Below, piece after piece: positions 19,437 through 28,531 of a stretch of DNA of 64,000 nt. The notes below the pieces were generated by a model that was given only the letters and a program-made list of their open reading frames with translations, searched no databases and had not been told where the DNA came from. This DNA comes from a virus (taxonomy: Duplodnaviria; Caudoviricetes), in the IMG/VR virus record IMGVR_UViG_2831870349_000001. One strand, 5' to 3'. A program made the position numbers and the translations under genes. The first letter of the stretch is position 1, and every line of letters starts with the position of its first letter.

Positions 19437-20240
19437 ATGACGACCGCCGACGTTATGGCGCTTCTGCGCGCCCGTTACCCGAAAAACGAATACGCCTTCA
19501 TGGAGCAAGTACGCAGTTCCACCGGCAACAGCTTCGCCCGCAGCGCCGATGCGCTGGTAATGTCGTTCTGGCAAAGCCGTGGAATTCATCTTTCTGGGAT
19601 CGAAGTTAAGACATTCCGTAATGACTGGCTCCGCGAACTGAAGAAACCTGAGAAAGCCGACGAGATCGCCCGTTACTGCGATTATTGGTGGGTCGTCGCT
19701 GGCGACGACCAAATCGTAAAGGATGCGGAACTGCCGGCGACATGGGGGCTGATGGTCGTTCAGAACGGCAAGCTTGTGATCAAAGTCAAGGCGCCTAAAA
19801 TGGATCCACTGCCGATGTCCCGGCCCATGCTAGCCGGCATTCTACGACAGGCGCAAAACTTCTCGCCGGCGACACAAGATTTGTACGCTGTGGAAAGCGC
19901 GGCGCGCGAGCAGGGAAGGCTGCTGGGATTCGAGCGTGCGGAAAAAGACTGGAAAGAGAAGTGCTCAGGTATCGAGGAAGGCCACAAGCAGCTTCAGAGC
20001 AGCCTTGACGCGTTCGAACAAGTCTCGGGTATCCGGATCGACCATTACAACGGGCATCGGATCGGCGAAATCGTACGGACACTAAGCCTTATCGACGGCA
20101 AGGTCATGCGTCGAAACCTTACCCGCGCCCACGAGGATATACGCGCGGCGGCGCGTGCGATGAATGATGCTCTTACAGCGCTCGAAAACATGGCGGCGAT
20201 GCAGCCGCTCGTAGCGGACCAACCAACGAAGATTTCCTAA
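19437..20240 (+). CDS. MmcB-like PD-(D/E)xK nuclease
   Basis: ADAL...GIEVK..R.DW..EL..PEK....YCDYWW. Confidence 0.8.
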   Translation: MTTADVMALLRARYPKNEYAFMEQVRSSTGNSFARSADALVMSFWQSRGIHLSGIEVKTFRNDWLRELKKPEKADEIARYCDYWWVVAGDDQIVKDAELPATWGLMVVQNGKLVIKVKAPKMDPLPMSRPMLAGILRQAQNFSPATQDLYAVESAAREQGRLLGFERAEKDWKEKCSGIEEGHKQLQSSLDAFEQVSGIRIDHYNGHRIGEIVRTLSLIDGKVMRRNLTRAHEDIRAAARAMNDALTALENMAAMQPLVADQPTKIS

Positions 20241-20267
20241 TATCAGTCCAGCAGACAGGCATAACTA

Positions 20268-21428
20268 ATGGCGCGCAAGATTTTTATCACGAACGATATG
20301 AGCGAGGACGACTCGCTAACCGAAATCATTGAGACCGAGGAGTGCCCGATGGCGGCGCTCTTCTGGCCATGGTTTCTGACGTTCTTCGACGACTGGGGAC
20401 GCGCGCCGGCATCGGCCGCGCGCGTCAAGGCTCGGATCGTGCCGATGAATCCGCTGGTAGGTATCCCCGAGATTGCATCTTTCATTGAGATCTACGCGCG
20501 CCAGGGGCTCATAGGCCTCTACGAAGTCGACAATAAAAAGTACATGGCCATCCATCCGGACAAATGGTTCTCCTTCCAGACTCATATCCGGACCGCCAAG
20601 CGTATGTGCGATCAGTCCAAGTTTCCGGCGAACCCCGCATGGCCCGCGCTTCCGAGCGCAAAGGGTGTAAGTGGAGCGCAGAATTCCGAGGATGATGACG
20701 ACAGCGCGCAAGTGCGCGCATTTGCGCGCGATGACGCGCACTTGCCGTCAAATGATAACCCACGCGGGCGTTGTTCTCCTTCTCCTTCACTTTCGAATCA
20801 GGAATCTCTCACTCTCTCTATGGGGGATGAGGCAGGCGCTTCTCATGGGGAGAACGGATCTCAGTCCGAAGCGCCGCAGGAAGAGACTTCCAGGATTGGG
20901 CTTGGCGATCGACCGGGATCCGCCGATGAGGCGTGGCCGGGGATGCCAGGAGAGACTGCTGCGCCGCCGCCGAGGTCGCCCGTCCGCGCCGCTTCAGGAG
21001 TACCGCGGCACGAGCCGCAGGCGTTCGAGAGTTTTCGGTTGAAGTATCCCCGGCAGCAGGCGCCTCACCAGATCGCCGCCGCCTGGGATCAGGTGCAGCC
21101 ATCGCACGAGCAGATCGCGCAGATCGAGATGCACCTGGCGCCGTTCTCGGCGAGGCCGCCGACGCAAAGCGAGATGCGCTGTATCAAAGCGCCGGCGAAG
21201 TGGCTGACGGATTTCGATTTCGTCAGCAACGTTCCGTTCAACGCGCTCGACATTGAGCGCAGCAAGACCGACTCACAGAACAAGGCGGAGAAAGGCAAGA
21301 CCAGTGGGAAACCAGGTGATTTCAAATCCAGCAGTAACGGCAGACACGACCCAGGCCGAGGTTGCGGAGCAAGTCCAGCGCCGCGCCGCGACCATTTCGC
21401 CCATCTCCGGCCAGAAGCGTCACCGTGA
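20268..21428 (+). CDS. Phage replication initiator
   Basis: N-terminal winged-helix-like region (DDWGR), internal GCGCGCA repeats, F..F...YPR C-terminal domain; adjacent to the DnaC-like ATPase. Confidence 0.75.
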   Translation: MARKIFITNDMSEDDSLTEIIETEECPMAALFWPWFLTFFDDWGRAPASAARVKARIVPMNPLVGIPEIASFIEIYARQGLIGLYEVDNKKYMAIHPDKWFSFQTHIRTAKRMCDQSKFPANPAWPALPSAKGVSGAQNSEDDDDSAQVRAFARDDAHLPSNDNPRGRCSPSPSLSNQESLTLSMGDEAGASHGENGSQSEAPQEETSRIGLGDRPGSADEAWPGMPGETAAPPPRSPVRAASGVPRHEPQAFESFRLKYPRQQAPHQIAAAWDQVQPSHEQIAQIEMHLAPFSARPPTQSEMRCIKAPAKWLTDFDFVSNVPFNALDIERSKTDSQNKAEKGKTSGKPGDFKSSSNGRHDPGRGCGASPAPRRDHFAHLRPEASP

Positions 21429-22326
21429 CGGCCTGTGCGTCGGGACTTACACTCGGCCCCAAAGAACGCTCAAGGACTATGAAGACGAGATCTATGCGAT
21501 GGCGGACAAGGGCATGATCAAGCCATTTGCTGCGGACAAGCTTGTCTACCACACCCGGATTGTCCATCAAAGTAACCTCGGAATCAGGCGCAAAGGCGAT
21601 GATGATATTCAAAGACGTCGTGAGCAGCGGGTCGCGGGGCTCGTGCATACGGCGATGGAGGACGCACGGATTCCGCCTCACTTCCGCAAGGCCAATTTCG
21701 AGGCGACGGAGTTTTTGGGGCCGCTGCGGATCGACGACGGGAACCGCCTCGCGCATGGTCTCTGCAAGCGCCTCGCCGAGGAGTGGACACCCGGGCACAA
21801 GGGCCTGACGCTGACGGGACGGAGCGGTGTGGGGAAGACTTATCTCGCGTTCGCAACACTTTGCTCGATCATCCGCCGGCATGGCCGCGACGTGAACGCC
21901 CGGTATATCACCGAGCAGGAGCTGCTGCGCTACTACCGCGATTCGTTCAGCCGGACCGAGGGCCAGACGGATGTGCCGAGCACGACCCAGCTTCGTAAAT
22001 GGTTCGTGGAGCGGCCACAGTTTTTGGTCCTCGACGATCTGGGCGCGGAGCCAGTGAGCACCAGAGGCGAATGGGCGCGCGGACAGATCATGGAGCTGCT
22101 GGAGCATCGGTGGCGCATGCAGAAAACGACGTTCGTGACCACCAATCTCTCGGTGGACGAGCTGACGGATCGATATGACGAGCGGATCGTCAGCCGGCTT
22201 TACGGTCGCTGTCCGCTCATCTCTATCGCCGGCAGCGACCACCGCCAGCAGGTGCTTCCCGACAGCGAGGATCCGTTTTGGGATCCGAACTTCACCGATG
22301 ACGGCCGCCCGAAGGCGACGCGTTGA
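21304..22326 (+). CDS. DnaC/IstB-like ATPase (helicase loader); start uncertain
   Basis: GRSGVGKT, LVLDDLGAE, TTNL, RIVSRL. Confidence 0.9.
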   Translation: MGNQVISNPAVTADTTQAEVAEQVQRRAATISPISGQKRHRDGLCVGTYTRPQRTLKDYEDEIYAMADKGMIKPFAADKLVYHTRIVHQSNLGIRRKGDDDIQRRREQRVAGLVHTAMEDARIPPHFRKANFEATEFLGPLRIDDGNRLAHGLCKRLAEEWTPGHKGLTLTGRSGVGKTYLAFATLCSIIRRHGRDVNARYITEQELLRYYRDSFSRTEGQTDVPSTTQLRKWFVERPQFLVLDDLGAEPVSTRGEWARGQIMELLEHRWRMQKTTFVTTNLSVDELTDRYDERIVSRLYGRCPLISIAGSDHRQQVLPDSEDPFWDPNFTDDGRPKATR

Positions 22327-22339
22327 AAAGGATACCAAA

Positions 22340-22783
22340 TTGACCAAAGAAGAGTTTTTGGCGCGGTGCGCGATGATCTACGACCTGGGCCTTGCGGCGC
22401 CGGAGACGCTGACGTCGCTGGAGCGCGGCGCGGACGTGCTGAACCGACTGGCCGACAGCGCGGCGCGCGGGGCCATCCGGATCGAATCCGACGCGCCAGG
22501 ACAAGCGCATGCTAAGCAGCGCTGGATCGCGGCGCAACTGGTCATCGAGGAGGGAAACCGCATTCAGGCGGCGAGGCAGGATCGATTCACTTTGATGACG
22601 CTCGCGAGTGATCCGGTTGGATATGGGGCGGTTCGGATCGCCGCCATTTTGAACCACTCTTGCCAGCAGTGCGCCACGGATCCATTACTTATGCATACGA
22701 GGTCGGGACTCTGCGCGCACCGCGATCAGCTAAACGAGAAAGTCATGATGATAGAGAATGAGGTGATGATTGAACCTTCTTGA
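22340..22783 (+). CDS. Hypothetical protein
   Basis: AAGGA RBS, TTG start. Confidence 0.55.
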   Translation: MTKEEFLARCAMIYDLGLAAPETLTSLERGADVLNRLADSAARGAIRIESDAPGQAHAKQRWIAAQLVIEEGNRIQAARQDRFTLMTLASDPVGYGAVRIAAILNHSCQQCATDPLLMHTRSGLCAHRDQLNEKVMMIENEVMIEPS

Positions 22784-23318
22784 AGCCAGGGCGCACGCCG
22801 GCGTTCAGCGCCTGATTTTTAACGTGCGCCTGATCCTGGTGCCGATGTACGTTTTGCTCTCGCTCTCCGTGGTGGCGTTTCTACTGATGTTCGTTAAGAC
22901 GCTCTGGGGACTGATGCGCCACTTCCATAATCTGGATGCGGAGCTGACGATGCTAAACGTGCTCTCACAGCTCGACCAGGTCATGGTGGCGAACCTGATC
23001 GTTATGATCATCCAGGGGTCGTATTCCACCTTCGTCGAAGAACTGAAGATCCCCAGCGGCGAGAAGAAGCCGAGCTGGCTCAGCCACATGAGCGCGGGAC
23101 TGCTCAAGGTGAAAATGAGTATGTCCCTGATGGGTGTCAGCGCGGTCGGACTGCTGCCCGTCTTCCTGGAGCCGAGCAAATATAGTAGCCACGAAGTCGT
23201 CGTCAAAGTCGCGGTGCACATCGTGCTCATGGTTTCCACGCTCGTTCTCTGGGCGGTTACGCGCGAGGAAGTTATTCACAAGCCCGAAGGTTTACTCGAA
23301 GGTCATACACATGAATAA
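22770..23318 (+). CDS. YqhA/UPF0114-family membrane protein
   Basis: R..L.P.Y, L..LD..MVANL..MI...SY..FV, W...MSAG.LKVK. Confidence 0.88.
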   Translation: MNLLEARAHAGVQRLIFNVRLILVPMYVLLSLSVVAFLLMFVKTLWGLMRHFHNLDAELTMLNVLSQLDQVMVANLIVMIIQGSYSTFVEELKIPSGEKKPSWLSHMSAGLLKVKMSMSLMGVSAVGLLPVFLEPSKYSSHEVVVKVAVHIVLMVSTLVLWAVTREEVIHKPEGLLEGHTHE

Positions 23319-23964
23319 AAATTCGAATAATGGTGCGTTTACAGGTTTTTCCTACGGGTTGATTGGTTTCTTCCTGCTGGTCGTTGTGCTGATTGTCGTC
23401 GTCGTCTGTGTCTCTCGCGGCACGGAGCAGGGAGCCTATCCCCCGCCGCAGCCGCTCTATTACCACACGTATGGCAGCCTCTTCTACGACGATCAGCGAT
23501 ACCTCTACACGCGCACGCCGAACAATCAGTACTATCGCTATGAAGTCAATAACCGGCCATACACGATGCCGGGGCGGCCGCCAAGCGCCATGGCTCCGAT
23601 CAGCCTTCCGAGGTCAGGGGCGTGGGGAGCGGTGTCCGCCGCGCCGTCGGCGCCGATACCGATGGATCAGAAAGTATCGATCAACGTTCCGAAGGATCCG
23701 ACTAAGGAGCCGCTGACGGACGAGGAACTCGCGGAGAAGGGTGAGAAGGCCGATCTGGATCCGCAGGACAAGGAGACGTCGGAGGGGGAGACGCCGCCTG
23801 GCGAGGGAGATAAAACTCCGACGGAAGCGCCCGAAGCAACGCCACCGCCGGACGTAGCGCCAAATGAAACCTCAAGTGAATCGGACGCCCCGTCCTCCAG
23901 CGATTCCTCATCGCCGTCGAGTGAGAGCGGGGCCACTAGCGATAGCGGAAGCTCATCGGAGTAG
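23311..23964 (+). CDS. Membrane-anchored protein with Tyr-rich core and acidic low-complexity tail
   Basis: One TM segment; composition. Confidence 0.65.
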   Translation: MNKNSNNGAFTGFSYGLIGFFLLVVVLIVVVVCVSRGTEQGAYPPPQPLYYHTYGSLFYDDQRYLYTRTPNNQYYRYEVNNRPYTMPGRPPSAMAPISLPRSGAWGAVSAAPSAPIPMDQKVSINVPKDPTKEPLTDEELAEKGEKADLDPQDKETSEGETPPGEGDKTPTEAPEATPPPDVAPNETSSESDAPSSSDSSSPSSESGATSDSGSSSE

Positions 23965-23978
23965 GGAAGGAGATCCTG

Positions 23979-24176
23979 ATGGTCGAGAAAGCAAAACGTC
24001 GCTTTTGTGAATGCGCCGAGATCAAATGCATCTGCGATGACGACGAAATCGAGACGACAATCGACGGCCAAGGCAAGATCGGTATGTGCTGCGGATGCGG
24101 CGCCAGCTACTCGCCGAGCCGAACGAAAATCGTAAACGGCGTTGAGTACGGGCCTTGTTGCCTGGGGGATTGGTAA
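23979..24176 (+). CDS. Small Cys-rich protein
   Basis: AGGAG RBS; many Cys residues. Confidence 0.55.
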   Translation: MVEKAKRRFCECAEIKCICDDDEIETTIDGQGKIGMCCGCGASYSPSRTKIVNGVEYGPCCLGDW

Positions 24177-24881
24177 ATGAGCGATCTGACGACGGAGCAG
24201 GCGGCGGACTTTCAACCGCGTGAGAAATTATACCATCGCGAATTCGGTCTATGCTCTCTTGAGTTAATTGATAATGATCCCGATGATGCCCCGTACTCGC
24301 ATAAAGTTAATTGGTATGACGAGAGGCCGGGTTACGTTGATCCGAAAGACCTTTCGCGCGTGCCGTGGCCTGATCCACTCCAAGCCCTGCGCGCCGTCGC
24401 GGCGGCGGAACGAGTGCGGGCGGAAGCTGCGGTGGCACAAAATCAATTGTTAAGAACGGCGATGGCCGTCGCAATTGGCCCTCTCAACGTAATCCAGGCA
24501 AATGCTTCCATGATTGTTCGGCGCTTTGATGAGGCGGATGTGGACCCGGTGGAGTGCTGCAAAAAGATACAGCAGTGGCGATTGAAGGCGCACGACGGAT
24601 TGATGACAGCTCTGCGGCAAACGGTTGATGCTGATGAGGCGCCTCAGACGGAGCAGGATGCGACAGCAAACCAGGATATGGTAATTGGGCGCGGGCTGGC
24701 GCAGGTGTTCAGCGTAAAACCGAAAGCGCCGCAAACCTTCATGGGTGTGCCTATCGTAATCGATGAAACATTGCCAACTGGAACAATCTCGGTTACAGAT
24801 CCTGTAAGTGGGCGCCGAGAGGTTTGGCGAATAATATCTTCGACGCACCCGTTCCCGACTTGCGAGGAGCGTGACGAATGA
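24177..24881 (+). CDS. Hypothetical protein
   Basis: Operonic. Confidence 0.6.
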   Translation: MSDLTTEQAADFQPREKLYHREFGLCSLELIDNDPDDAPYSHKVNWYDERPGYVDPKDLSRVPWPDPLQALRAVAAAERVRAEAAVAQNQLLRTAMAVAIGPLNVIQANASMIVRRFDEADVDPVECCKKIQQWRLKAHDGLMTALRQTVDADEAPQTEQDATANQDMVIGRGLAQVFSVKPKAPQTFMGVPIVIDETLPTGTISVTDPVSGRREVWRIISSTHPFPTCEERDE

Positions 24882-25378
24882 TGCTAGAAAACGAACATCC
24901 CGCCGAGCAGAGCAGCGCGGAACTCTCCGAATGCCGCCAATACCGATATGTCCTGCGCCGTGTCTGGGACGCTTCCAAAGCGCCGGTCATGTTTATTGGC
25001 TTGAACCCGTCTACTGCGGACGAGACCGAAGACGACGCCACCATTTGCAAATGCCGCGCCTACGCTAAGCGATGGGGCTTCGGCGGCCTTTTCATGGTGA
25101 ATGTCTTTGCCTTCCGTGCGCGCCATCCGGAGGCGATGAAGGGCGCAGCGGATCCCATCGGACCAATAAATGATGAAGTGCTGCTCTCCCAGGCGGCTCT
25201 GGCGGGAATGATCATCGCCGCATGGGGAGCGCACGGTGCGCACCGCAACGGGGCGCACCGTGTCCAAACGTTACTGACTTCCAACGGGTATCGCCTGCAC
25301 TATCTGGACCTGACGAAAGATGGTGAGCCGCGCCACCCGCTTTATCTGCCAGGCGACCTAACGCCGAAGCCGCTCTGA
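24878..25378 (+). CDS. DUF1643-family protein
   Basis: YRY.L.R.W, FIGLNPSTAD..DD.T, AAWG, PRHPLY. Confidence 0.92.
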   Translation: MMLENEHPAEQSSAELSECRQYRYVLRRVWDASKAPVMFIGLNPSTADETEDDATICKCRAYAKRWGFGGLFMVNVFAFRARHPEAMKGAADPIGPINDEVLLSQAALAGMIIAAWGAHGAHRNGAHRVQTLLTSNGYRLHYLDLTKDGEPRHPLYLPGDLTPKPL

Positions 25379-25393
25379 CGGAAACCGAAATCT

Positions 25394-25900
25394 ATGTTGC
25401 TCATCATGAAAGAAATCACCCCTGGGAGTCGTCCAACGCCGGAGCAGATCGAGGAGGCGACGCAGACCGGCGAACTGCCAGTGCCGCCGCCCTACGTCGA
25501 ACGCGCGGACGTTTTCGACAAGTGGTATCTCTATCTCGTCTACAAACGAACGAAGGCCGGCGAGTTCGACGTGCGGCCATCGCTGGGCGAGCTGATGCAG
25601 TCGGGCCTGAAACGAAGTTTCTGCTTCTCCGAGCGTAAAAAGACCGAGCGCATCATGGGCAAGCCGAAACCCGTGGCCGTGCGCGGCGCCAGCACGCCGC
25701 ATCCACTCGTTTATGTGAGCGCCTACGAAGTCTTCAAAGTGCATTATCTCTACCATACGAACCGCCGAAACGTAGAGCGGCGATTCATGACGCGGCCGTC
25801 GGTAGACGAACTGGCGCGGACCAGCAACATCCCGGAACGTACATGCGAAGAGTACCGAGAGCGTTACGAGGGTGAGTTCGAGGCGATGATGGCGGCCTAA
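25394..25900 (+). CDS. Putative late-gene transcriptional regulator
   Basis: C-terminal HTH-like segment (SVDELARTSNIPERTC); last early gene before the late promoter. Confidence 0.45.
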   Translation: MLLIMKEITPGSRPTPEQIEEATQTGELPVPPPYVERADVFDKWYLYLVYKRTKAGEFDVRPSLGELMQSGLKRSFCFSERKKTERIMGKPKPVAVRGASTPHPLVYVSAYEVFKVHYLYHTNRRNVERRFMTRPSVDELARTSNIPERTCEEYRERYEGEFEAMMAA

Positions 25901-25937
25901 TATACGTTATGTAATGTAATATAAAGTACGCCTATGC

Positions 25938-25970
25938 TGTTGAAAATGTGGGTGACCCACATTTTCAACA
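25938..25970. repeat. Perfect inverted repeat, 16-bp arms with 1-nt centre
   Basis: TGTTGAAAATGTGGGT-G-ACCCACATTTTCAACA. Confidence 0.9.
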
Positions 25971-25990
25971 TACCAAATGAGCTTACACTA

Positions 25991-26019
25991 TAGACAGATA
26001 CGAACAGGCGTGTGATAAT
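25991..26019 (+). promoter_or_regulatory. Putative late promoter
   Basis: TAGACA-17bp-GATAAT with a TG extension. Confidence 0.6.
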
Positions 26020-26026
26020 GAAATCA

Positions 26027-26285
26027 CTCCAGCATTAGGACGGCCCTTCACCCACGCGGAAGGCTCGCCGTTCCTGGAGGAAACCGTGACAGTCACCCAA
26101 CAAAAAGGGGCGGCGACAATTTCCGAACCGTGGCGAGGTCACGTAACTAGGATCAGTGCGCCGCCCCGCTAGATTTAGATCAATGGATATTAAGATTTAA
26201 CCGAATACCCCATCAGGAGCGCGAACGCCGACGTCTCCGTACAGAGAAATCCTAACCAGGGCGTGACAGCGGGAGAGACTGCACT
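26027..26285 (+). ncRNA. Structured late-leader RNA (several hairpins)
   Basis: CTCCAG..CTGGAG multi-stem; GGGGCGGCG..CGCCGCCCC stem; no credible ORF. Confidence 0.45.
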
Positions 26286-26289
26286 TTAT

Positions 26290-26368
26290 CCTTGGGTAGC
26301 TCAGCCTGGTAGAGCGCACGGCCTTGAAAACCGTGAGGTCGGGGGTTCAAATCCTTCCCCTCGGACCA
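26290..26368 (+). tRNA. Atypical tRNA with 9-nt anticodon loop CCTTGAAAA (Phe-GAA-like body, or Ser-TGA reading)
   Basis: TAGCTCAGCCTGGTAGAGC D-arm, CACGG/CCGTG stem, GGTTCAAATCC T-arm, encoded CCA. Confidence 0.8.
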
Positions 26369-26440
26369 GCGCCTTGCATGAAAAGTGCAATCCGGAGTGA
26401 CGGACTTCGCGGGCCGTTCCTGGTAACCGGAATCATTTAT

Positions 26441-26517
26441 GCCTGCGTAGCTCAATATAGTAGAGCGCCCGATTTGTCATCGGGAAGATGGTTGCTCACA
26501 GCGGCCCGCGGGCCCCA
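26441..26517 (+). tRNA. Degenerate tRNA-Thr(TGT)-like gene
   Basis: GCCTGCG/CGCGGGC acceptor, GCTC/GAGC D-stem, CCCGA/TCGGG anticodon stem, GGTTG/CGGCC T-stem with non-canonical loop, CCA. Confidence 0.65.
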
Positions 26518-26519
26518 GA

Positions 26520-26539
26520 ATTATTGATCGATCAATAAT
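26520..26539. promoter_or_regulatory. Dispersed palindrome copy 4 (perfect ATTATTGATCGATCAATAAT)
   Basis: Perfect 20-bp palindrome, 2 nt after the tRNA CCA. Confidence 0.85.
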
Positions 26540-26711
26540 CGATCCGTTCACCTTCCTTCACTGCACAATCACATATCAGACGTCGAGAGAGCTAGACGTA
26601 AAATTGGCTGCTGCTGGACGCACTTTACGGTTATACGCCGTAAGTGTGTCCTTTTTGTTTGTCCTTGCTCATTTCATCCCCGATCTTCTTCCTTGCATCT
26701 GTGAGGCTCTC

Positions 26712-27188
26712 ATGACAGCAAATCAAATCGTGCAAGCGCATCCCAATATCACCGCTGAGGGAATGGCGCTCTTTATGAAGCTTCCCGTGGACCGCGCGCG
26801 CAAAGTCCTCGCCGCCGCAAAAGCCTGGAACGCGGCGCCAATGACGCGGCGCCTGGAGGGCATGCGCCGGATCGCAGCCAAAGAAGTCAGCCTTCACGTC
26901 GAGAGCGTGGCCACCTCGCGCAGCTACCAGAAGCACGTTCGCCGCTACACCGAAGTTGAGGCCGAGCGGCATGATCTTTGCCGGCGAAGCGCGCCCGACC
27001 CGATGATGAAGCTCGATGTCAAGGACCACACGACACTGATCGACGGTTTTGACGACGTGACTGTCGCTCCGTGCGTTCTCGGTAAGCAGGTAGCAGACAA
27101 ATCGCGCGTTCAGTTTTTCTGCGACCACAACGGCGTCATCGGGGACCTGATCACCCGCGCGAAGGCCGAGCGCAAGGCGGCCGTATGA
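26712..27188 (+). CDS. Hypothetical protein
   Basis: GAGG RBS. Confidence 0.6.
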   Translation: MTANQIVQAHPNITAEGMALFMKLPVDRARKVLAAAKAWNAAPMTRRLEGMRRIAAKEVSLHVESVATSRSYQKHVRRYTEVEAERHDLCRRSAPDPMMKLDVKDHTTLIDGFDDVTVAPCVLGKQVADKSRVQFFCDHNGVIGDLITRAKAERKAAV

Positions 27189-27298
27189 GCGTCTTCTCTG
27201 CAACTATCGGCATTCTCGCCGCCGTCATGCTGCTGGCCGTCCTCTGGTGCGCCTGGCCGCGCGGCGGCGGATCTTGATTTCAAATCGCGTGCACTACC

Positions 27299-27493
27299 AT
27301 GAACTCTGCTGTCTGGATGCGCTTTGTCCGCGACGGAGTGAGGCCGGAGACGGCGGCGATCCTGCTCGGATGCACGACGGAGTACGCGGCGGCGGAGATG
27401 AAGCGAGTCGAGAAGCGCGAGGCGGATCGCCAGGCGCGGGACGAGGCGGACCATCAACTGCAAAGCACCTGGAATAAACTTCGTAAACGGTAG
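27299..27493 (+). CDS. Small hypothetical protein
   Basis: Operonic. Confidence 0.5.
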   Translation: MNSAVWMRFVRDGVRPETAAILLGCTTEYAAAEMKRVEKREADRQARDEADHQLQSTWNKLRKR

Positions 27494-27500
27494 GAATATT

Positions 27501-27851
27501 ATGAACGCACGAACATTGCACGCAATTACGGCGCTGGGCGCACTGGCCGGTGTGATGCCGAGACGGTTGCTGATCGATCAGCCGCGAAGTTATAACAAGG
27601 TCTCCACTCGTCTTGTCAGGCGAATGCCATCGCAGAACAAATGGCCTTTTACTGGCGCGACGGGATTTTCGCTGGAGTCGCTTCGCGGCGCCCACGCCAA
27701 GCGGCTTTCGCGACAAGTTCGGAACCTGCGGCATGCCGCGCGCGGCGGATACGGCAAACTGGACCAGAGAACCGACGCACAGAAGCGCCAGGACGCCGAG
27801 GGTTTCTACGGCTACGGCGTCAATCCCCTAGTCGCTGCCGGCTCTGACTGA
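27501..27851 (+). CDS. Basic hypothetical protein
   Basis: AGGA RBS. Confidence 0.55.
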   Translation: MNARTLHAITALGALAGVMPRRLLIDQPRSYNKVSTRLVRRMPSQNKWPFTGATGFSLESLRGAHAKRLSRQVRNLRHAARGGYGKLDQRTDAQKRQDAEGFYGYGVNPLVAAGSD

Positions 27852-27912
27852 ACGTCTGATGTGCGGCGCGCGCGGCGGATAGGGATTGAGACGCGATGAA
27901 AATGTACTCGCT

Positions 27913-27975
27913 GCTCCGTGGGCGCTCCTGACGCCTGCGGAGTAAACATTTCAGGAGACGCCTCAGGAGGGCGTC
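27913..27975 (+). promoter_or_regulatory. Kissing-hairpin leader motif, copy A
   Basis: Loop CTCCTGA complementary to loop TCAGGAG, which holds the SD. Confidence 0.7.
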
Positions 27976-27979
27976 AAAT

Positions 27980-28531
27980 ATGCCAAGTTATCCTGGAGAC
28001 GACGGATCTCTCATTCTACATTTCGGTTCTGGCGATATTGCGATCTGTCCTAGCAAAGGTCTTGACCGCGAATGTGAAGACGAAATCGCATTCATAGTCC
28101 ATGAGCCGGGAGAAGTCGGACGCTATTACGGTGAATGGAAAGGAAAGTCCACGTCAGAACTCAACACGCCGGTTCGGATGATCTTCGATACCGTTGACGC
28201 GCTGGATGTTGTGGTCGAACAGCTGACGACACTGCGTTTCAAGATGACTGGAGATGAGCAGCCAACGTGCCAAGTACAGGCAGGTTTCGCCTGGACGGAC
28301 ATGGCGGCGAGCGCATACCGCGCCTACGCTGCATCAACCGGCAACAAGAACTTTCGCGGTGAGCCTATGCCAGCGTTTGATGACCTGCCAGTCGCCATTC
28401 AAACAGCGTGGGAGGCGGCTGTTCGGCATGTCGGCAACGCGATTGAGAACCCCCGTGCTTTGAATTCCACTAAAGAGCAAAGCTGGCAACACTGGGTTCG
28501 TCCACAGGATAAGGAAGCAAACCATGTGTAA
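27980..28531 (+). CDS. Hypothetical two-domain protein
   Basis: AGGAGG RBS; MPAFDDLP...AW motif. Confidence 0.7.
   Translation: MPSYPGDDGSLILHFGSGDIAICPSKGLDRECEDEIAFIVHEPGEVGRYYGEWKGKSTSELNTPVRMIFDTVDALDVVVEQLTTLRFKMTGDEQPTCQVQAGFAWTDMAASAYRAYAASTGNKNFRGEPMPAFDDLPVAIQTAWEAAVRHVGNAIENPRALNSTKEQSWQHWVRPQDKEANHV

Noticed and set aside
26107-26168. tmRNA or self-cleaving ribozyme
   Set aside because: Starts GGGGC but lacks the tmRNA TLD/T-arm and hammerhead or twister cores; kept only as unassigned structure
26497-26539. attL/attR at the tRNA 3' end
   Set aside because: No duplicated tRNA 3' end and no integrase in the window; phage genes continue on both sides
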